Source: Macrostomum hystrix
Lineage: Eukaryota > Animalia > Platyhelminthes
DNA: 64,000 nt
Direction of reading: 5' to 3'
Assembly (NCBI GenBank): GCA_950097015.1
Contig: CATNEN010000001.1
Location: 17,112,001 to 17,176,000 of the forward strand
Each line of letters begins with the position of its first letter. Position 1 is the first letter of the stretch. Positions 24,206-36,400 of the stretch are shown here, in pieces. Made by a program: the position numbers and the translations under genes. The notes under the pieces are model-generated. The model saw only the letters and a program-made list of their open reading frames with translations. It made no database searches and was not told where the DNA came from.

Positions 24206-24936
24206 GAAGGCTTCAGTGTGGCAGCAAACTCAATCGTTCTATTCTCCTTATTATCAAAACAATCAAGGTCAATAATTTAATGCGTGCAGGTCATGCCTGA
24301 CTAGCAAACAATAGAGTACGATTATGTAATCAATTTATCTTGTCAAGCTGACGTTTAAATTTGCTTAACCTCAGTTTGAATTTCACTGACTTACAGAGAA
24401 CTCAAGTTAAATACGATTTTCTTAGAAACAACAAAATTCCAAAGAATAAAAGACTCACGGAAAAATTCCAGGTACGGCAGAATTATTCGGTTTATTTAAA
24501 TTATTATCTTATCGTAGGTTTGCATACACACAGAAACAATGCAGCAACAACAATGCAATCTGACTATCTTCACAAACAAAAATTAGAAATTCTTTTTTGG
24601 GCAATCAATGGAACAGTTTTGTTAATCTGTTCGGTTAAGAAAGGAAAAAAGGGCTTTAATACGAAATAAGCACAGAGGAAAACAAGAGCAAAAAACACAA
24701 AGGATTTGACACAACTGGGTAACACTGACATACACAATGGCCTAGTTTAAAAAGGCCAGAAGAAGAACTAGTTTAAAAACTTTAGACAAACTATCTTCAT
24801 AATGATATTTTTGCTAACTATATCGTCAGTAGAGAGCAAACATATCACAGAATATAATCTAATAAGCTTATAAACTTAGAGGCTTATCAAATATTTAAAA
24901 CAGCTGCCCTGAAACTGCAAGGGTTCAGGCAACATA

Positions 24937-25612
24937 CCCTGAAGTATCGGCTGATGGGGTAGAGGACACCCTGAAGGACCGGCTGGTGAGGTAGAGGACA
25001 CCCTGAAGTATTGGCTGATGGGGCAGAGGACACCCTGAAGGGCCGGCTGGTGGGTTAGAGGACACCCTGAATAATCGGCTGGTGGGGTAGAGGACACCCT
25101 GAAGAGTCGGCTGATGGGGTAGAGGACACGCTGAAGGGTCGGCTGGTGGGGTAGAGGACACCCTGAAGAGTCGGCTGATGGGGTAGAGGACACCCTGAAG
25201 GGTCGTCTGATGGGTAGAGGACACCCTGAAGGGTCGTCTGATGGGTAGAGGACACCCTGAAGGGCCGGCTGGTGAGGTAGAGGACACCCTGAATAATCGG
25301 CTGGTGGGATAGAGGACACCTGAAGAGTCGGCTGATGGGGTAGAGGACACCCTGAAGTGCCGGCTGATGGGTAGAGGACACCCTGAAGGGCCGGCTGGTG
25401 AGGTAGAGGACACCCTGAAGTATCGGCTGATGGGGTAGAGGACACCCTGAAGGGCCGGCTGGTGGGTTAGAGGACACCCTGAATAATCGGCTGGTGAGGT
25501 AGAGGACACCCTGAAGTATCGGCTGATGGGGTAGAGGACACCCTGAAGGGTCGGCTGACGGGGTAGAGGACACCCTGAATAATCGGCTGGTGAGGTAGAG
25601 GACACCCTGAAG
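24937..25612. repeat. ~32-bp minisatellite (GGGGTAGAGGACACCCTGAAGNNTCGGCTGAT)n
   Basis: Tandem repeat. Confidence 0.95.
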
Positions 25613-26333
25613 GATCCGAGTTAAAAACAGAAAACATTATTCAGCAAAAATAGCTGACAAAATATCTGACAAGAGAGCGAATTCAGAAGGCAGGCAGTCC
25701 AGCCATAAAATTTATTTAGGTAGCCTAATTTACTAAAAAACTATGGGGGCTGCATACGGTTGTCAGAAAATTAAAAAAGGAAAGCAAATTAGCAAACGAC
25801 AAATTTACAACGCATTAACAGTAACAAGACCAGATGACGGTGTATTGTAAATGATTATCGCGAAAAAAGACAGAAAAAGCGGCAAAAAAGAATCAGTAAA
25901 TAAAAAAACTCACAAAATAAACTCATTTCATATGGTGCTTAACGAACACAGAAAGCTAACAGCCCATAACTATGCTAAACACAATCGTTCTAATGAAATC
26001 GTACCATAAAAATAAATCATAAATAAAAACATTTTTTATGGAATGTTGCAAATCAAGTTTGAAATAAAACACAAAACGGAATTGAGTAGCATTAGATTAT
26101 AGGCATTCATTGTTCTCCTCATGGCAATGAAAAATGCAAAGATGACATTCAAATCAATGCCTCACTGGACTCACTGATAAGATAACGTATGATTTATTAG
26201 ACAATATCTGACAATATTCTAGCAACCGTGTACACTCTTATTAACCAACTGAGTCATTCTCGATTGAAAGGGACAATTTTAGAGTACTCATGTTAGGCTT
26301 TACCTGTTAGACAAATGTTCCCCTGTTAGATTT

Positions 26334-26720
26334 AGGCGGTCGGTGGCAGAGCGGTTAACGCGTTTGCCTCTCGCACCAAGGTCCCTAAGTTCGATTCCGC
26401 GGCGAGGCCACATTTTTTTTTCGAGAGAAGCCGCGGAGAGAAGGCTTTGGGGGCTTGTCGTGAAATTTACGCCCTCGAGGGCCAACCTCCATGGCACAGT
26501 GAGAGTTGCAAATCTCACTGACGATGCCTGACGATGAGAAAGTCAGGGCAGATGTACACACCTGTGTGAGCGCGTGCCTGCGTACAGTATCTGTGTGAGT
26601 GTGTGCTCAGGAGTCAGCGAAATGGGCAGAATTGCCTCCTCGCTGGCTGCGGGTCTAGTGTCACCAAATGATGTGCCATTGTCCGCAGCCCACCTGTAAT
26701 AATAATAATTATTATCATTA
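26334..26720 (+). mobile_element. tRNA-derived SINE family A, apparently full length
   Basis: A box TGGCAGAGCGG, B box GTTCGATTCC, several hairpins, (TAA)n tail; flanking direct repeat TCCCCTGTTAGA at 26319-26330 and 26722-26733. Confidence 0.8.
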
Positions 26721-26775
26721 CTCCCCTGTTAGACACTCCTGTTAGGCAACATGTTCATGTGTTAGCCTGTGTTAG

Positions 26776-27089
26776 GAGAGGTTGTAGCCTAGTGGTTAGG
26801 GAGTCGGACTCACGACTTGAAGGTCGGGGGTTCGATTCCGGACTCCACTGGAACAATTTGTGTCCTTTAGCAAGACACTTAACTCTGCATTGCTTCAGTT
26901 CACCCAGCTGTTAAATGGGTACCAGCATCAGCTGGGATAATTGAAGGTGGGTATGTCGTCCCCCCAGTCCATGGACTGAACAGCCGTACGCAGCCTTCAG
27001 ATGCGCCGCGTAATAGCTTGCGGCTGTGCTGTCGGCTGCACATCTGGCCCAATTGGGGCAGGTGTAATCAATTATTTATTATTATTATA
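26776..27089 (+). mobile_element. tRNA-derived CORE-like SINE family B, full length
   Basis: A box TAGCCTAGTGG, B box GGTTCGATTCC; CORE-like TGTGTCCTTTAGCAAGACACTTAACTCTGCATTGCTTCAGTTCACCCAGCTGTTAAATGGG; (TTA)n tail; flanking TCATGTGTTAG at 26755-26765 and 27090-27100. Confidence 0.85.
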
Positions 27090-27094
27090 TCATG

Positions 27095-27302
27095 TGTTAG
27101 ACAAGATATTCCCCAGTTAGACAAAATGTTCACCTGTTAGACAAGATTTTCCCCTGTTAGACAAGATGTTCACCTGTTAGACAAGATTTTCCCCTGTTAG
27201 ACAAGATGTTCACCTGTTAGACAAGATGTTCACCTGTTAGACAAGATTTTCCCCTGTTAGACAAGATTTTCACCTGTTAGACAAGAAGTTCACCTGTTAG
27301 AT
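27095..27302. repeat. 20-bp minisatellite (CCTGTTAGACAAGATKTTCM)n
   Basis: Tandem repeat; degenerate units continue leftwards around both SINEs. Confidence 0.9.
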
Positions 27303-27454
27303 TTCCTAGACGGAATCGTCATCCTGTTCTACTACATTCTAACCTGTAGGGCAACGCGAGCATTTTAATTATTTTGATATACAAAAATGTTCCCAGTGAC
27401 TGACAATGACCGACCACAAAAAATTAGGCAGAAGATAGTCTTGCTTGTGGCTTT

Positions 27455-30400
27455 TTACCACACATTTCCCTCATAGCTAGCTGAGGGAGATGAAAGTTGT
27501 TCGTCCTGTCCGCTAGATTCAACAGGGGGCCTCTGTTCTCTATGCTGCTGCTGCTGCTGCGAGAACTCTCGAAAGTGCCTACCAGCTGGTCCATTGGGCA
27601 GCAGTAAGTCTACATTGAAGTCCATGCCAGTTGGACTGATGTCGGCTAGGGGAGACGATGCGATTCGATCGATCAGGCACTGGATGGTGGCGGATGTGTC
27701 GCCTCCAAGGCCGTTGATGTCCAGCAGAGGGGTAAACACCTCCGTTAGGTGGAATAGACGCTTGATGGCTGCGGTGGAAATGGTTTGGGGAAATAGGTGA
27801 ATAAAACAAAGGTTTTCATTTTAGAAGAATATGGGATCTACAGGGGCACGAATGAGGATCTGGGATTAGATATGAGGGTCTGGGATTAGATATGAGGATC
27901 TGGGATTAGATATGAGGATCTGGGATTAGATATGAGGATCTGGGATTAGATATGAGGATCTGGGATTAGATATGAGGATCTGGGATCAGAAATGAGGATC
28001 TGGGATCAGAAATGAGGATCTAGGATCAGAAATAGGTATCTGGGATCAGAAATAGGGATCTGGGATCAGAAATGAGCATGTGGGATCAGAAAAAAGGATC
28101 TGGGATCAGAGAGGAGGATCTGGTATCAGAAATAGGGATCTGGGATCAGAAAAAAGGATCTGGGATTTATAATGAGGATCTGGGATCAGAGATGAGGATC
28201 TGGGAGCAGAAATGAGGATCTGGGAGCAGAAATGAGGATCTGGGAGCAGAAATAAGGATCTGGGATTAGTTATGTCTATAAACGGTCTGAACGGAGCACC
28301 ATCTGACCCACCGGCAAGCCGAACAGACAGGCGCAGCTCGTGACTCTGCTGCAGCACTGAGGGAGACCAGCCGTGCCTATTAGTCTCCTCATTGCACAGG
28401 TGAGTCCAGAATAGGCCAGCAATGGATAGGTGCGTGCTGATTAGGGAGTCCAGATTCACAAACACTGACTCGGGGCATTGAATGCCGATATCTGTCACGG
28501 TGTTTGATGCGCGAAGCGATTATCAATTTACCAATCCATAAAGAACGGCTCAAAAAAAGCTGAAAAAGTACTCACATGGCGACGTCAAACAAAAGGCTGA
28601 TAGGAAGGCCAACTCATTATCGGTGATGCTCAATTGATCCCATTTAGTTGACAGTTCGAAAAATTTTGTAAACAATTTTGACAGCATCGGATGTCTGGCC
28701 GACTGAAGAAATCGTCTGCGAAATCAACACGAGGGCGCAGATACAATTCCGCTACTCACAGTAGCATAGTAAGCAACATATGAACATTTGAAACAAAACA
28801 TTTTACTGTTTAGCTAATATAAAAAAATCAAACAGGGACAGGAGATGTAAGGGAGATAGAAGATTAACACCTGTTAGACAGGAATATGAGATGGATGAAC
28901 ACCTGTTAGACAGGAATATGAGATGGATGAACACCTGTTAGACGGGAATATGAGATGGATGAACACCTGTTAGACGGGAATATGAGATGGATGAACACCT
29001 GTTAGACGGGAATATGAGATGGATGAACACCTATTAGACGGGAATATGAGATGGATGAACACCTGTTAGACGGGAATATGAGATGGATGAACACCTGTTA
29101 GACGGGAATATGAGATGGATGAACACCTGTTAGACGGGAATATGAGATGGATGAACACCTGTTAGACGGGAATATGAGATGGATGAACACCTGTTAGACA
29201 GGACTATGAGATGGATGAACACCTGTTAGACAGGAATATGAGATGGATGAACACCTGTTAGACAGGAATATGAGATGGATGAACACATGTTAAACAGGAA
29301 TATGAGATGGATGAACACCTGTTAGACAGGAATATGAGATGGATGAACACATGTTAAACAGGAATATGAGATGGATGAACACCTGTTAGACAGGAATATG
29401 AGATGGATGAACACCTGTTAGACGGGACTATGAGATGGATGAACACCTGTTAGACAGGAATATGAGATGGATGAACACCTGTTAGACGGGACTATGAGAT
29501 GGATGAACACCTGTTAGACAGGAATATGAGATGGATGAACACCTGTTAGACGGGAATATGAGATGGATGAACACCTGTTAGACGAACTAATTGTGTTTCT
29601 AATAACAAGCAAATGATGATAAGCCCCATCATAGTTGAGCTTACTCAGGAGTTGACAAACTCCACAAGAGCATCATGTCATTGTGTTTCAGCTCCTGCCC
29701 CTCCCACTAGAGTGCATTTTTCAATATTTAACATGGAAATTTCCACCCAAATCCCAACCCATCGCCCACCCCAATGTCCTTCTCACATGAATGAATATCT
29801 GTCGCGGAAATTTCCAGTATGCCAAAAATTTGAGAACTAAAAAATATGATACAGGAATTCTTTGGCTCGCTCATGAAGTCATGGAACCGGTGAGACACGC
29901 AAGCAGACAGAATATCCCTAGTTATCCAAATCAGTGGGGATTGTTTTTGAGAATTGAGAATATGGCTAATTATTACATTAGGCAGCTTGGTAGGCACGCC
30001 CTGTCCCATACAAAACGCCCTTTTTTCTACACGCCATGAAAGGAAATTGAAGAAGACAGATTAGGATGGGATTATTTAGGCTGAAGGTAGGCAGGGCGTG
30101 TTTGGTTGAGAAAGCAAGGGACTCAGGTGCTAATCTGAGGAACAGCAACAGGGTGGCAGGGAGGCAGAGAGATAACAAAATTTTTTTAGGCCGAATTGAC
30201 TATGCTCGAAGCTCAGTTGAAGAAAAGATGCTAGCTGATAAAACGAGGTCAAAAAACATCTCACGAAGATTGCTCAGGAAACTGAAAAGGCTTAGCTAGC
30301 TGCTGCTGCGAATAAAGATTATGATTTTACGAACAAAAATTTTAGAGAACTTCACGCAATTCATGAACAAGTGATTAAATTAATTTTTAAGACATAGCAG

Positions 30401-33400
30401 GGCTTAAATCACGAATGAGAATATTGAGTGCACATAAAAATGACGAGACGATAACCAGAAGCTCAAGACTCGGAGGGTGGGAATGTGAGCGTGCGGAGGG
30501 TAGGAATGTGAGCGTGCGGAGGGTAGGAATGAGAGGGTGCGGAGGGTAGGAATGAGAGGGTGCGGAGGGTAGAAATGAGAGGGTGCGGAGGGTAGGAATA
30601 AGAGGGTGCGGAGGGTAGGAATGAGAGGGTGCGGAGGGTAGAAATGAGAGGCTGTGAAGGGTAGGAATGAGAGGGTGCGGAGGGTAGGAATGAGAGGATG
30701 TGGAGGGTAGGAAAAAGAGGGTGCGGAGGGTAGGAATGAGAGGGTGTGGAGGGTAGGAATGAGAGGGTGCGGAGGGTAGGAATGAGAGGATGTGGAGGGT
30801 AGGAAAAAGAGGCTGTGGAGGGTAGGAATGAGAGTGTGCGGAGGGTAGGAATGAGAGGGTGCGGAGGGTTGGAATGAGAGGGTGCGGAGGGTAGGAATGA
30901 GAGGGTGCGGAGGGTAGGAATGAGAGGATGCGGAGGGTTGGAATGAGAGGCTGTGGAGGGTAGGAATGAGAGGGTGCGGAGGGTCGGATTGAGGCGGTGC
31001 AGAGGGCCGCGGTCATCTTACCTAGTCAGACGGAAGTTCATGGTGGGATCAATAATGTAGCCCTCTAATCGCTTAACCAGAGAGAAGCAGAAGCGCATGG
31101 CCAGGAGCTGTGAGCAGTGGCTGAGTAGAAGGCGCCTCTTGTCCGCCGGACAGATCACTTCCGAGCAGTTCTCCAGCCAAGGAGGCTTCGGCGGCTCCTG
31201 CGAAGCTTCCGCTGCGGCAGCGGCTGCGGCATCATCTGTGCCACTGTCGCCGAAGATGCTCTGGGTAAAGGCCACTACACGGCTGAGCAGGCTTGGCATG
31301 CAGGCGAGCAGACGAGAGAGAACAACAGGCTCCTCGTCTGGCAGGGGCTCGCGAGTCTGCATGGAAATTATCGGCTAGTGAATTAGCGGAAACATATGTA
31401 CGAGATGTAGGGAGACTAATGTATGAGATGTAGGGTGACAGATCTGAGATTCAGGGATAGATACAGATCTGAGATTCAGGGATAGATACAGATCTGAGAT
31501 GCAGGGATAGAGACAGATCTGAGATGCAGGGATAGAGACAGATCTGAGATGCAGGGATAGAGACAGATCTGAGATGCAGGGATAGAGACAGATCTGAGAT
31601 GCAGGGATAGATACAGATCTGAGATGCAGGGATAGAGACAGATCTGAGATGCAGGGATAGAGACAGATCTGAAATGCAGGGATAGAGACAGATCTGAGAT
31701 GCAGGGATAGAGACAGATCTGAGAGGCAGGGATAGAGACAGATCTGAAATGCAGGGATAGAGACAGATCTGAGATGCAGGGATAGAGACAGATCTAAGAT
31801 GCAGGGATAGAGACAGATCTGAGATGCAGGGATAGAGACAGATCTGAGATGCAGGGATAGAGACAGATCTGAGATGCAGGGATAGAGACAGATCTGAGAT
31901 GCAGGGATAGATACAGATCTGAGATTTAGGGATAGATACAGATCTGAGATTCAGGGATAGATACAGATCTGAGATTTAGGGATAGATACAGATCTGAGAT
32001 TCAGGGATAGAGACAGATCTGAGATGCAGGGATAGAGACAGATCTGAGATGCAGGGATAGAGACAGATCTGAGATGCAGGGATAGAGACAGATCTGAGAT
32101 GCAGGGATAGAGACAGATCTAAGATGCAGGGATAGAGACAGATCTGAGATGCAGGGATAGAGACAGATCTGAGATGCAGGGATAGAGACAGATCTGAGAG
32201 GCAGGGATAGAGACAGATCTGAGATGCAGGGGTAGAGACAGATCTGAGAGGCAGGGATAGAGACAGATCTGAGAGGCAGGGATAGAGACAGATCTGAGAG
32301 GCAGGGATAGAGACAGATCTGAGAGGCAGGGATAGATACAGATCTGAGAGGCAGGGATAGAGACAGATCTGAGATGCAGGGGTAGAGACAGATCTGAGAT
32401 GCAGGGATAGAGACAGATCTGAGAGGCAGGGATAGAGACAGATCTGAGATGCAGGGGTAGAGACAGATCTGAGATGCAGGGATAGAGACAGATCTGAGAG
32501 GCAGGGATAGAGACAGATCTGAGATGCAGGGATAGAGACAGATCTGAGAGGCAGGGATAGATACAGATCTGAGAGGCAGGGATAGATACAGATCTGAGAG
32601 GCAGGGATAGAGACAGATCTGAGATGCAGGGGTAGAGACAGATCTGAGATGCAGGGATAGAGACAGATCTGAGAGGCAGGGATAGAGACAGATCTGAGAT
32701 GCAGGGATAGAGACAGATCTGAGAGGCAGGGATAGATACAGATCTGAGAGGCAGGGATAGAGACAGATCTGAGATGCAGGGGTAGAGACAGATCTGAGAT
32801 GTAGGGATAGAGACAGATCTGAGAGGCAGGGAGACTAACCATTTGCAGCCGTTCGGCTCTGAACTGTGCCATCCTCTCAGGTGAGAAATGAAACGATCGC
32901 CGGTGGCCCAGCAAAATCAGATCGATATTATCGGCAATCAGCTGCGAGCTGGTGACTTCTCCGTTGGCGTGAACAAACTGGCTGGATACAGACAGCCTCT
33001 GCGGCGGCCAGTGCGGTGAGAACTTCTCAACGGAGGTGAGCAGAATTCTGGTGAGTCGCTCATTCAGACTGACCTGCCGAACGAAAGCCTCCAAGGTCGG
33101 GCACAGCAGGGGGCCGACTAGGCGCTGGCAGACTTGACCCAGAGACTCAGACGAAACTTCGTCTGTCGATATGAGTTGAGACTTCTCCAACCAAAGCTTC
33201 TTCGGAGCCCGACCTGGCGGCGGCTGCTGCTGCTGGTCCAGATGGAAATAATCTCTAGTCTGACTCTGCTGCTGGTGTTGGCTGTGATGCAATGCAGACG
33301 AGGCTGGGGACAATCTGTAGAGCATGTTGAGACAGCGGGCTGGTTGCTTAGCAACCGGATGGCCGGCAGAGCTGCCTGCACTGTCGGGCTGCTGCGGCGG

Positions 33401-36400
33401 CCGTAGCAGGCGCTGCCGCTTCAGCGGCGGCGGAGCCATCGAAGAAGACGGGGCTGGAGGCGAAAATTCTTCGTATTGAGCTTGCCGCTGGTAGGTTCTA
33501 GATCCGGGGCCATTGTTGCTGCCCGAGCTGCTGCGCCTGCCAAGCTGCACTTCAAATTCTCGACGCTTCTGTTCAATGTAGAGCAGGAGGTGGCTGTCAG
33601 TGATGGCGTTGATTGACCAGGCGCTTGAATTTGAAGCGCCCCCGCCGCCAGTACTACCAGGCAGCGGGATCTCCGAGAACGTCGGCAGGCCGTCGCTGGC
33701 GAGCTGGTCGAACTGCTGCTCTATGGCGGAGTTGGCAGCCTGGCCAGCTGATTCGCGAGCCTTCGCTCGACGGCCGAGCTTGGAACGCTGGCGGCCCATG
33801 TTGACGGCGCAGCACTTCTTTAGGCGGCACCACTGGCAGGTGTTGCGCGTCTGTGGCGTAATCTCCAGCGGCACCGTGTGGCCGCAGGCGCCGCCCAGAT
33901 TGCAAGAGGACACAATGCGACGGAAGAAGCCCTGGAGATGAGATCAGAAGATGAGCACATGAGGGCGAGGCATTAACAAACAGGAGGGACAAAGATTCGT
34001 GAAAAGAGAGGATGGAAAGTTGGTCAGTGAGAGGGCGGAAATCAGGAAAGGGACGGCGGAAATCAGGAAAGGGACGGCGGAAATTGGGGAATGGAGAGGA
34101 GAGGATGGAGAGGATATCTGGGAAGAGGAGCGAATTTAAGGGAACAGAGGGGCGGGAATCATAGAAGAGACGGGCGGAAATCGGGGAAGAGAGGGGGCGG
34201 AAATCAGGAATATAGGGGCGGAAATCAGAGGAGAGTGGCGGAAATCAGGAAAGAGAGGGGCGGAAATCAGAGGAGCGGGGCGGGAATCGGGGAAGAGAGG
34301 GGCGGAAATCATAGGAGGGGAGCGGGAATTGAGGAAGAGAGGGGCGGAAATCTGGGAAGAGGAGCGAATTTAAGGGAACAGAGGGGCGGGAATCATAGAA
34401 GAGACGGGCGGAAATCGGGGAAGAGAGGGGCGGAAATCAGGAATATAGGGGCGGAAATTAGAGGAGAGTGGCGGAAATCAGGAAAGAGAGGGGCGGAAAT
34501 CAGAGGAGCGGGGCGGGAATCGAGGAAGAGAGGGGTGGAAATCAGAGGAGCGGGGCGGGAATCGAGGAAGAGAGGGGTGGAAATCATAGGAGGGGGCGGG
34601 AATTGAGGAAGAGAGGGGCGGAAATCATAGGAGGGGCGGGAATTGAGGAAGAGAGGGGGCGGAAATCATAGGAGGGGGCGGGAATCAGAGCAGAGAGGGC
34701 CTGAATTTCGGCGAAGATGGGCGATAATTGGGGAATCTAAGGGAAACGCGGTAGACTCGAAAGAGTAGGTCGGAAATTAGTGAGGAGGGAATGGAAAAAT
34801 ATAGAAGGAAAAAAGATAGAAAAAATAACATCGGGTCGGTCGTAGCAAGGCTGCTAGAACACAGGTGGGTGGATGCGTGGATGATTAGAGGCCAATGGAA
34901 CGATGATGGCGCTCAGCATTTAGTGATTTTGCGGAGTCTTGTCTTAAAAACGGTGTGTGAAGACACACGCATGGCTTGGTGCGCGTTTTGCAATTCAATT
35001 TGGTAATTGTTGAGGAGAGGAAAACTGGATGATTGCCAACACAGTCACACACAAATCGCCTAGGACCTAATCTGTAAAATTATCCAACAATTCAATAGAA
35101 AAATGCTTTCATCTTGCTATCCGTCTGCGTGTAGAATAAGAAAGCAAGAAACGAAAGTCAGCAGTTAAACGTTAACCGAAATTGTGCAAGTGCAAAATCT
35201 ATTTATAGACCTATTGATGAATGTCTGGCGGAACTAGGTTTCAATGCATTCGTTAGGCTCGTGATACACAATTATTATCAGTGTGTATACAGCAGTCAAC
35301 ATGTATTCAATTGATGTCTATAAATACATTAGCGGCTAGTGTCACGAGTAAAGAGACCATATAAGTTTAGGATGGCCTTTCTTATTTCATTACAAATGCG
35401 ACTCGAAGTTAAAGGACTGATCGGATTATCTCTAGTCTGTATTGAGTTGAACTCTGCCAGCGATCAGCGATTGTAACTGCAAACAACATACGATCGTCTG
35501 ATACTAAATGTCTACTGTGTTATATTGCCCATTCGGATCCACTGCATAGAACCTTTCAGCGAATTGCGCAAGTCTACAAACAGTCTTCAACCCGACTATT
35601 ATTGGTAAGTTTCTGAAATTATTTGGCTATATTTATAATTTTTCAATGCTTTATTCATTGTTAAGTGTTTATAATGTTAGCGACAGTTGCTGATGGTGAG
35701 AAATTTTTGTTTTAACTCTTCCAAACAATGGCGTCTACCAGCTTGTACAGATACAGGATGAATTTTTATCTGTACAATGCGCGCAAGATAAGATACTCAA
35801 TCCTGCTGCATTGCCATTGGATTAGAACAATATAGATGATCGGTAGGGATGAGTTGGACGTCCTAAAGCATAGAGCTTTAAGCCAGCTATCTTCGTTTTT
35901 ATTGGTTAGGAACCGCGCCTAATCATGAGATGGGAGAAAAGATAAAACTATGTAATCCCAAGCACGATGCTAGGAAACAAGCTATAAAATAAAAATCTCA
36001 CGCCAAACAGTTCTATAGGTTTAGCTAGGAGGATTAACCTTCTTGTGTGCATCTTTTTCACACAGGACTAGTAAAATTAGTTAAGTAGCTATAGAGGGTT
36101 TGACTGATTAATTAGACTCTAGGTCGGGAGTAAAGGGTTAAAAGATACATCATTATTTTTTAGTTTAGAATTAAACTACCTGCTTAGTTTATTAATAGTA
36201 ACTAAATACAATTTTTAGTATACACAAGAATAGATAACGCCCTATTTTTAGATTATTGTTTTATATCTGAAAATAAAATCTAGTTAATAAAAAAACCTGA
36301 CAAAATCCCTTTTTAGTGTTATAGATTTCTTAGTTAAGCTATATACTCCCTATAGTTGTTTTTAACTTACCCCTTAGGCCAAAAAATGATTCATTATATT

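Noticed and set aside
26515-26550. Hammerhead ribozyme-like CTGACGA...GAAA in SINE A
   Set aside because: No stem II can form between the motifs; the segment folds as a simple CCTGAC/GTCAGG hairpin.
26334-26850. Possible tRNA genes at 26335, 26776 and 21185
   Set aside because: A/B boxes are present but I could not build a proper cloverleaf or acceptor stem; they run into SINE bodies with simple-repeat tails.
29600-30300. Short ORFs in NR intron 3
   Set aside because: No recognisable domain, and the NR reading frame is complete without them.
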